From: Sumerlaeia bacterium
GTDB lineage: Bacteria > Sumerlaeota > Sumerlaeia > SLMS01 > JAHLLQ01
Assembly (NCBI GenBank): GCA_040219255.1
Contig: JAVJSW010000073.1
Coordinates: 10,621-74,620, forward strand
DNA length: 64,000 nucleotides
Reading direction: 5' to 3'
A model generated the notes under the pieces. It worked only from the letters and a program-made list of their open reading frames with translations, ran no database searches and had not been told where the DNA came from. How positions within the stretch are numbered: the stretch's first letter is position 1; each line of letters begins with the position of its first letter. The translations under genes and the position numbers were made by a program. This document shows positions 57,506-64,000 of this stretch, piece after piece.

Positions 57506-59365
57506 ATGCCCGAATCCGAGTCCTCTGTTTCCATCCCGCGCAAGCCCGCGATTCTGGCCGGGCTGGCGATATTCGCTCTGCTTTTCGCCATCTACATGGC
57601 CTCGCCGGCGACCCAGATCGCGGACTCGCGCTATACGATTCTGCTGAGCCATAACTTGCTTTCCGGTCAGGGAACGAATCTGGCCCCCTATTTCCTGCCG
57701 CCCCTTTCCCCTGAAGACCATGAAATCTCCGTGCCGGGAGCCTTGCCCCGCCAGGTCTATCCCGATGGCATGGCCGGCATGAAGCGCCTCGGCGGCAAGA
57801 AACCCAGCCCTCCCGAGGAAGTGCGCCGGCCCGGAGCGAAGCGCGTTCTGCTCTGGTACAGCCACGGACCCTCCTGGGCGGCCCTGCCCTTTGTCGCTCT
57901 GCTGCAGTCGGCCGGTTTGCAGACGGTCGATCCACGCGGCGAGTATCGCCATGCCGGGGAGGTGTGGAGCCAACGCTGGATCGCGGCCTTCCTGATGGCT
58001 GGCCTGGGGGTCGTGTTCCTCGCGATGGGCCGGGCGGCGGGGTTGAACCTTCGCTGGGCGGTGGGCGTGGCGCTGCTTCTGGCGTTGGCGACTTCGGTTT
58101 ATAGCACGGCGTCGCGGGGACTCTGGAGCCACACCTGGGGCATGGTCTTCTGCGGCTTGGCCTTGCTGCGGCTTCTCAAGTTCGAGCAGGGCCTCGCGCC
58201 GCTCCAGCCCTGGCTCGTGGCGACGCTCCTGTCCTGGGCGTTCTTCATGAGGCCGACCTACGCGGTGATGGCGGTGGCGGTGGCCGTCTACCTCCTGGTC
58301 AAGGACCGGCGCGCGTTCGGCGTGCTGGCGGCAGTGGGGGCCGGTTGGTTCGTCGTCTTCGCCGCTTATTCCAAGGCCGTGTTCGGTCAATGGGTGCCGG
58401 ACTACTACCTCCTTTTACCGGGCGGAAACGACGCGTACTTCACGGCGCTGCTGGCGAACCTGCTGAGCCCGTCGCGCGGGCTGCTGGTTTATACGCCGTG
58501 GCTGGCGTTTCTTGTCTATTTGCTCGTGCGGCATTGGAGGGTCCTGCGGGCGCGGGCGCTGGCGGTGCTATGTCTGGCGGTTGCGGGGGGACAGTTCGTG
58601 CTGGTTGCGCGCTGGCAGGACTGGCACGGAGGAGGCGGTTATGGGCCCCGCCTCCTGGTTGACCTTGTGCCGTGGTTCGCGGTGCTGGCGGTGCTGGCTG
58701 CCGATGCCTGGCGCCGTGCCGGATTTCGCCGGGGCGAGCGCCCCGCCGCCGCGCTGCTGGCGGTCTGGGGCCTCGCCATCCACACGATCGGCGCCACCTC
58801 GCAAGCCACCTTCGCCTGGGACGTGGTCCCGGCTCACTCGTCCCGTTTCCAGGAGCGCTTCTGGTCCTGGCGCGATCCCCAGTTTCTCCGCTTCCTGCCC
58901 GACGAAGCCCGCCCCTACCCGATGGCGACGCTGCCTTGCGATCTGACGCTGGCCGTCGGCAGCCGCCACCCGCACTCGCGGCTTTATTTGGCGGAGGGTT
59001 GGCACATGTGGCAAGAGACCGACTGGACCTGGGCCGGGGAGCGGGCGGTCATCACGTTCCGCCCCGAACGCGGAAGCCAGCCCCGCGAGCTGGTCCTGAC
59101 CGGTTGGCCCTATCAGCCCTCCGCCAACGAACGCCCCCAGCCGCTGCGCGCGACGCTCAACGGCCAGGAAATCGCCGCCTTCGACCTGACCGGCCGCCAT
59201 CAGCGGCAAGTGGTGTTCGCCCTGCCGGAGGAGGCCCTGAAGCGCAATAACGTCTTCGTCCTCGAATTTCCGGGTGCCGTTTCGCCGCTGGAGGACGAGG
59301 GCCTGCCGGACGGGCGCGTCATGGGTTTCGCACTCCTGGCCATGGATCTGCGATGCAAACCATAA
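57506..59365 (+). CDS. GT-C-like membrane protein with C-terminal beta-sandwich (paralogue 1)
   Basis: ADS.YT, STASRGLWSH, RPT, SPSRG and WHGG.GYGPRLL.D motifs; C-terminal GW...E...W and DGR..G. Confidence 0.65.
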   Translation: MPESESSVSIPRKPAILAGLAIFALLFAIYMASPATQIADSRYTILLSHNLLSGQGTNLAPYFLPPLSPEDHEISVPGALPRQVYPDGMAGMKRLGGKKPSPPEEVRRPGAKRVLLWYSHGPSWAALPFVALLQSAGLQTVDPRGEYRHAGEVWSQRWIAAFLMAGLGVVFLAMGRAAGLNLRWAVGVALLLALATSVYSTASRGLWSHTWGMVFCGLALLRLLKFEQGLAPLQPWLVATLLSWAFFMRPTYAVMAVAVAVYLLVKDRRAFGVLAAVGAGWFVVFAAYSKAVFGQWVPDYYLLLPGGNDAYFTALLANLLSPSRGLLVYTPWLAFLVYLLVRHWRVLRARALAVLCLAVAGGQFVLVARWQDWHGGGGYGPRLLVDLVPWFAVLAVLAADAWRRAGFRRGERPAAALLAVWGLAIHTIGATSQATFAWDVVPAHSSRFQERFWSWRDPQFLRFLPDEARPYPMATLPCDLTLAVGSRHPHSRLYLAEGWHMWQETDWTWAGERAVITFRPERGSQPRELVLTGWPYQPSANERPQPLRATLNGQEIAAFDLTGRHQRQVVFALPEEALKRNNVFVLEFPGAVSPLEDEGLPDGRVMGFALLAMDLRCKP

Positions 59366-61188
59366 GCGAAGCGGCCCGCCGTTGCGCGCCGGAAGCCGCC
59401 GCATTCGCGGTCTTGCTCCTGATCTTCTGGCTCTCGCCGGTGGCGCAAATGGCGGACTCGCAGTTCACGCTGCTGCTGAGCCAGAACCTCGTCGAGGGCC
59501 GCGGGTTCGATCTCGCGCATTATTTCGCCGAGCCCCCGCCGGGCGCGCCGCCCGATCTCTCACTGATGCGCGGACTTCAGCCCGACGGAGCCTATCCGGC
59601 GCCGCGTCTGCTCCAGGATCCGGAAGCTCCCCGCCTCGAGCCCTTGCGCTACGGCGACAGCCCTGTGCGACTCTGGTACCCGCACGGCCCGGCGCTGCTG
59701 TCGTTGCCCTGGGTGGCGGCCCAGGAGCTGGCGGGCTTCCACACGGCGGCCGTGGAAGGGCGCCATGACTATCTGACGGAAGTGCGGTCGCAGCGACACC
59801 TGGCGGCGATTCTCGGCGCCGTTTTCGGGATGCTGGTGGTGCGAATGGCAAGAGCGCTGGGCTGGCGCGGCTGGGTGGCGGCGCTTTTCGCTGTCGTCTT
59901 CTGTCTCGCCACGCCGGTCTGGAGCACCGCCTCGCGGGCCGTCTGGAGTCATAGCTGGGGGATTGTGCTGGTGGGCGCGGCGCTCGCGCCGCTGCTTCGC
60001 TACGCCCGGGGCGAAGGCCCGGCGCGGCCGGTCCTGGTCGCCACGCTGTTGTCGTGGGCGGTGTTCTGCCGGCCGACTTACGCGCTGGCGGCGGCGGGGA
60101 TCACGATCTGGATTCTGGCGCGGAAGGACTGGCGAAGCGCCGGTTGGCTGATTGGCACGGGGGCGGTGTGGGGCGTGGCGTTCGTGGGGTATTCTCTGGC
60201 GGTATTCGGGCAGTGGTTGCCCGATTACTACCTGATGAGGCCCGGCGGGGGAGAGGCCTTCTGGGCGAACCTGTGGGCCGTGCTGGCGAGCCCAGCGCGC
60301 GGGGCATTCGTTTACGTCCCGTTCGCCCCGGTGGTCTTGCTCGGAGTTTGCTCGCGTTGGCGGACTTTGCCACAGCGAGGATTGGCAGTCTTGGCGTTAG
60401 GCGTCATGGCGGCGCAGGTTCTCCTGATCGCGCGATGGGAATTCTGGCACGGCGGCATCGGTTTCGGCCCCCGGCTCCTGACGGATCTGGTGCCTTGGCT
60501 GGCTGTGCTGACGCTTCTGGCGGCGGAGGACTGGCGTCTTCGCGACCCCCGCCCCCGCTGGCCCGCCGCGATTCTCGCAGTCGCGCTCGCCCTTAGCGCC
60601 GCCATCCAGTCCGCCGGCGCCTTCGTGCAGGAAACCTTCGACTGGGAGTCCCTCCCGGCACCCGCCACCCTTTTTCCTCAGCGGTACACCAACTGGCGCG
60701 ACATGCCGCTACTCCGGGTCCTGCCGCCGGACGCCCGGCCCGTCGCCGCCCCCGCCCCGCCCTTCGGTCGCGCGATGCCGGCGGGCGGGTGGTACGGCGA
60801 GTCGCGCCTCTACCTCGGGCCACATTGGGACTACTTCTCCGAACCGGAGCACACCTGGAGTCTGGGTGCGCGGCCTGAGATTCACTTTTCGCTCCCCGAT
60901 AGCGGCCCCACATCCATGACGCTGACGATCCAGGCGTTTCCATACTTGGCGGAGGGGCGGATCGGCTCACAGACAGTGCGGCCAGTTTTGAATGGCGAAG
61001 TGCTGGCCGAGCTGAAAGTCGCGGCGCCGGGCCACTATGGAATCCACCTCCCCGCCCAGGCCCTGCGCGGCGCCAACCGGCTTGTGCTCGAGCTTCCCGG
61101 CGCCGTCTCGCCCGCGGAAAGCGAGCATGCGCCCGACCGGCGGGTGCTCGGTATCGCGCTCCAGAGCCTGCGTTTCGACCGCGAGTAG
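59353..61188 (+). CDS. GT-C-like membrane protein with C-terminal beta-sandwich (paralogue 2)
   Basis: Same motifs in the same order as the upstream gene; 13-nt overlap. Confidence 0.65.
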   Translation: MQTISEAARRCAPEAAAFAVLLLIFWLSPVAQMADSQFTLLLSQNLVEGRGFDLAHYFAEPPPGAPPDLSLMRGLQPDGAYPAPRLLQDPEAPRLEPLRYGDSPVRLWYPHGPALLSLPWVAAQELAGFHTAAVEGRHDYLTEVRSQRHLAAILGAVFGMLVVRMARALGWRGWVAALFAVVFCLATPVWSTASRAVWSHSWGIVLVGAALAPLLRYARGEGPARPVLVATLLSWAVFCRPTYALAAAGITIWILARKDWRSAGWLIGTGAVWGVAFVGYSLAVFGQWLPDYYLMRPGGGEAFWANLWAVLASPARGAFVYVPFAPVVLLGVCSRWRTLPQRGLAVLALGVMAAQVLLIARWEFWHGGIGFGPRLLTDLVPWLAVLTLLAAEDWRLRDPRPRWPAAILAVALALSAAIQSAGAFVQETFDWESLPAPATLFPQRYTNWRDMPLLRVLPPDARPVAAPAPPFGRAMPAGGWYGESRLYLGPHWDYFSEPEHTWSLGARPEIHFSLPDSGPTSMTLTIQAFPYLAEGRIGSQTVRPVLNGEVLAELKVAAPGHYGIHLPAQALRGANRLVLELPGAVSPAESEHAPDRRVLGIALQSLRFDRE

Positions 61189-61271
61189 GCCCCACAGCGG
61201 ATTTCCCTTGGCGTGGGGCCGCTCTGTGCTTCGGTTGGCGCGCGCGGATGCTTCCGCGGAATGGAACGATT

Positions 61272-62201
61272 ATGACTCTTTCGGCGGCTTCACCGAAACC
61301 CCTGCTGCGGCTCCTGCCTCAGACACAATTCCACACGCTGCTGGATTCCGGCGACGGCGAGCGCCTCGAGCGCCTTGGCAGCCGCACGTTCCGCCGCGCG
61401 GAAACGCAGGCCATCTGGCCCCGCAGTCTGGGCGACAAACCCTGGGACCGGGCAGATGCGGTGTACGTTCAGCAACCGGGGAGAAACCATGGGAAATGGC
61501 ACGGCGAGGGCGCTCAGGAAAGCGAAACCGTTCGCCATGGCGAACTGAGCTTTGCCGTCAACCCAATGAACTCCGGCCTGACCGGCGTTTTCCCAGAGCA
61601 GGAACCGGTCTGGCGCATGCTCGACCAGGTCCTCGCCGAAAACGGCGGCGAAGGCACGCGCGTTCTCAACCTGTTCGCCTTCACCGGCATCCCGAGCCTC
61701 ATCGCCGCACGCCATGGGGCCTCGATCACCCATGTCGATGCCTCGAAGCCGATCATCGAGAACGCGAAGGAAAACCAAGCCCTCAGCGACTTGCCCGATG
61801 ACTCGATCCGCTGGATTTGCGACGACGCGGTGAAGTTCGTCCAACGCGAAGCCCGGCGCAAGAATCAGTACGACATCGTGATCGTGGACCCGCCCAAGTT
61901 CGGCCGCGGCGTGAAGGGCGAAGTGTGGGACTTCTTCGCCGACATCCGGGACTTCCTGAACGATCTGGGGGCGATCATTTCCGACCGGCCCCTCATGGTG
62001 GCGCTCACCAGCTATGCGCTTCGCTTGTCGCCGTCGGCTCTGGCGCGCGTGTTCGATGGCACCCTGGGCGAACTGTTTCCCGACTACCAGCTCTGCGAAC
62101 TCGGCTTCCGCGAGGACGCCTCGGGCCAGTTCCTGCCCCAGTCCCAGTGCATTCTCTGGGCCGCTCCGCCCTTCGATGTGACCCGGCTGGCGGTCAACTG
62201 A
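61272..62201 (+). CDS. Class I SAM-dependent methyltransferase (RlmI/COG1092-like)
   Basis: LLDSG.GE.LER.G, GVFPEQ, VLNLFAFTG, VDAS and DPPKFGRG motifs; start 61248 or 61272. Confidence 0.87.
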   Translation: MTLSAASPKPLLRLLPQTQFHTLLDSGDGERLERLGSRTFRRAETQAIWPRSLGDKPWDRADAVYVQQPGRNHGKWHGEGAQESETVRHGELSFAVNPMNSGLTGVFPEQEPVWRMLDQVLAENGGEGTRVLNLFAFTGIPSLIAARHGASITHVDASKPIIENAKENQALSDLPDDSIRWICDDAVKFVQREARRKNQYDIVIVDPPKFGRGVKGEVWDFFADIRDFLNDLGAIISDRPLMVALTSYALRLSPSALARVFDGTLGELFPDYQLCELGFREDASGQFLPQSQCILWAAPPFDVTRLAVN

Positions 62202-62210
62202 GCCGGCCGC

Positions 62211-63167
62211 TCACTCTTCCTGCACAATGAAGAACCCGTCCTCGCCCTGCGCCTGATACAATGGCATCAGGATCAGGCCGTCGCGGGGGCTGGTGATGGC
62301 GCCGTAGCGATTGTCCGCCAGGATCTGGCCTTCGCGCACCGGGTCGAAATTGCGGAAGCCAGGCCGCATGGCGAAACCCGCCTCCGGCTTGATGGCGTAG
62401 CGATCCGTCAGGCGCAGGCGGCGGGGGAGGTCGCCGGGCAGGCGCGACACCAGCAGCCGCGAGCGTTCGACGGCGGCGTCCTCCGCCGGCACGCAACCCG
62501 CCGCGGCCAGCGTGAGCCAAATCGCCGCGATGGCGTAGGTGAGTGCCTCGCTCGAGTCATGCTGGCCCGATTCGACCACCAGGCAGGCGCAGTTTCTCGC
62601 GGACAATTCAAAGGCCGAGTCGAAAGTCATCCCGAACACGCCCTTCAGATGCCCCTCAAACCCCGTGACGGCGGGAAAGCCGAGGGCCTCGGCGAGGCGC
62701 CGGTTGTTCGCCGTCTGGCGGGCGATCAGGAAAGGAACGCTCGGCGCGGAGGACGTGTGCAGGTCCAGCACGTAGAGCCGGCCCGGCGGCCGCTCGGCCA
62801 GAACCGTCCCCACCGCATCGGTGAACTCGTGGATTTCGCAAGTTTCCGCGCCCGCCGACTCGGGCGGCAGGACCGGTTTGTTGCGGATGATGCGGATGCT
62901 TTCCGGCAGGAACAGCCGGTTCAGGTCGGACGAGACGTAGCGCACGCCCTGGGCCGTGGCGCGACAGTTGCCGATCAGGCCGGTGACCCGGCCGCGAAAG
63001 CTCTCGGCCCGGGCCGGGAGTTGCTCGAGAACCCGCTGGATCGCCACGATGCCCGCCGGTTCGTTGCCGTGCATCCCGCCCACCAGAAGCACCGTTGGGC
63101 CCTGAGAGGAATCGGACGTGAAGGTTCCGATCGCGCGCGGAAGGTGAGTCTTAACGATGCGTGGCAT
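62211..63167 (-). CDS. Succinylglutamate desuccinylase/aspartoacylase family protein
   Basis: GGMHGNEPAG, DLNR, LDLHTSS, ESGQH and MRPGF.NF motifs. Confidence 0.88.
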   Translation of the reverse strand: MPRIVKTHLPRAIGTFTSDSSQGPTVLLVGGMHGNEPAGIVAIQRVLEQLPARAESFRGRVTGLIGNCRATAQGVRYVSSDLNRLFLPESIRIIRNKPVLPPESAGAETCEIHEFTDAVGTVLAERPPGRLYVLDLHTSSAPSVPFLIARQTANNRRLAEALGFPAVTGFEGHLKGVFGMTFDSAFELSARNCACLVVESGQHDSSEALTYAIAAIWLTLAAAGCVPAEDAAVERSRLLVSRLPGDLPRRLRLTDRYAIKPEAGFAMRPGFRNFDPVREGQILADNRYGAITSPRDGLILMPLYQAQGEDGFFIVQEE

Positions 63168-63214
63168 AGCTGGCAAAATCCCGGGCCTCGTAAGCCGGAG
63201 AAGGTGAACCCGGC

Positions 63215-63251
63215 TTGACGCTTGCGGGCGGGACCGGTTGAATCGCTTCAA
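63215..63251 (+). promoter_or_regulatory. Putative promoter with overlapping LacI-type operator
   Basis: TTGACG-N17-TTGAAT; palindrome TTGAA-TCGC-TTCAA at 63238-63251. Confidence 0.55.
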
Positions 63252-63278
63252 TCTCACTCACGCGAGGAAGAAATTTCC

Positions 63279-64000
63279 ATGCCCGTTCGGATGTCAATCA
63301 CCCGTGCCCTGCTTGTCGCTTTGGCGGTTTTCTGTGGAGCCTGCTCCCAGGAATCCGGCGGCGGAGGCGAAGACGCGCCCGTGCGCTTGCGCGTCGCCAT
63401 GGACGACACCGGCGCGGCGGGGCGCCTCCACAAGGAAGCCTTCGCCGAATTCACCGCGCAAACCGGCATCGAGGTGGAACTTCTGACCATCCCCAAAGAC
63501 GCCACGGAAACGTTGTCGCAGTACCGCAACTACTTCAGCGCCAAGAGCGACGATATCGACGTCTATCAGATCGACGTCATCTGGCCCGGCACCCTCGGTT
63601 CGCACCTCGTCGATCTCACGGGCAAGGTGGACGCTGGCGCTTTCTTTCCGCCTCTGATCGAGAACAACACGGTCAAAGGCAAGCTGGTCGCCCTGCCTTG
63701 GTGGAGCGATGCCGGCCTGCTCTACTACCGCACCGATCTGCTGGAGAAGTACGGTTACGACGGCCCGCCCACGACCTGGGACGAGCTGGAAGAAATGAGT
63801 GCCACCATCCAGGCCGGCGAGCGCGAAGAGCGCGGCGACAACTCCTTCTGGGGCTATCTCTGGCAGGGCAAAGCCTACGAGGGCCTGACCTGCAACGGTC
63901 TCGAATGGGTCAAGAGCCACGGCGGCGGCACCATTGTGGATGGCGAAGGCAACGTGACGATCAACAACGAAGCGGCCGCCCAGGCGCTCGACCGCGCCGC
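63279..64000 (+). CDS. Sugar ABC transporter substrate-binding lipoprotein (trehalose/maltose ThuE-like), 3' truncated
   Basis: Not in the ORF track; my translation MPVRMSITRALLVALAVFCGAC (lipobox), DIDVYQIDVIWPG, LYYRTDLLEKYG, P.TWDEL and WQGKAYEGLTCN. Confidence 0.9.
   Translation, partial: MPVRMSITRALLVALAVFCGACSQESGGGGEDAPVRLRVAMDDTGAAGRLHKEAFAEFTAQTGIEVELLTIPKDATETLSQYRNYFSAKSDDIDVYQIDVIWPGTLGSHLVDLTGKVDAGAFFPPLIENNTVKGKLVALPWWSDAGLLYYRTDLLEKYGYDGPPTTWDELEEMSATIQAGEREERGDNSFWGYLWQGKAYEGLTCNGLEWVKSHGGGTIVDGEGNVTINNEAAAQALDRA

Noticed and set aside
54295-61188. Genomic island integrated at tRNA-Val
   Set aside because: No integrase, no duplicated tRNA 3' end seen, and flanking genes have host-like composition.

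Overview
High-GC, densely coded bacterial chromosomal segment with about 57 CDS and one tRNA-Val(CAC). I found no integrase, transposase, CRISPR array or rRNA. From the start: an M20 amidohydrolase end; a DUF2306-like protein; three tandem pilin/GspG-like paralogues with a C-terminal YDPTNG motif, interleaved with short 8-nt-period repeat elements; a secreted kexin-like S8 protease; MPG, EamA and HAD genes; four divergent ABC-2-permease-like membrane proteins without an ATPase; a stand-alone LacI HTH protein; TetR; a Ser/Thr kinase with a non-canonical catalytic loop; and argH. A ~21 kb Wzx/Wzy surface-polysaccharide locus follows (pyruvyl transferase plus a divergent MurB paralogue, a nucleotidyltransferase, rfbB, rfbF, rfbG, a reductase, a flippase, 2 sulfotransferases, 7 glycosyltransferases, a polymerase and rfbA). 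Next come dtd, PfpI, a cNMP-binding protein, phoH, a 7TM-HD phosphodiesterase, DUF502, an NtrC-type regulator, a large acidic secreted repeat protein, and a 5-oxoprolinase/hydantoinase A/B pair split by an SDR gene. The window ends with yjbQ, tRNA-Val, three GT-C-like membrane proteins, a SAM methyltransferase, an aspartoacylase-family protein and a sugar ABC binding lipoprotein. The YDPTNG proteins suggest Candidatus Sumerlaeota (BRC1) or a related lineage; this is recollection-based inference, not checked. Best novelty candidates: the pyruvyl-transferase/MurB-paralogue pair (possible lactyl-ether modification of a sulfated polysaccharide), the repeat-flanked YDPTNG pilin-like array, and the orphan permease quartet. 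Start codons were picked by eye, and all calls are motif-based without database searches.
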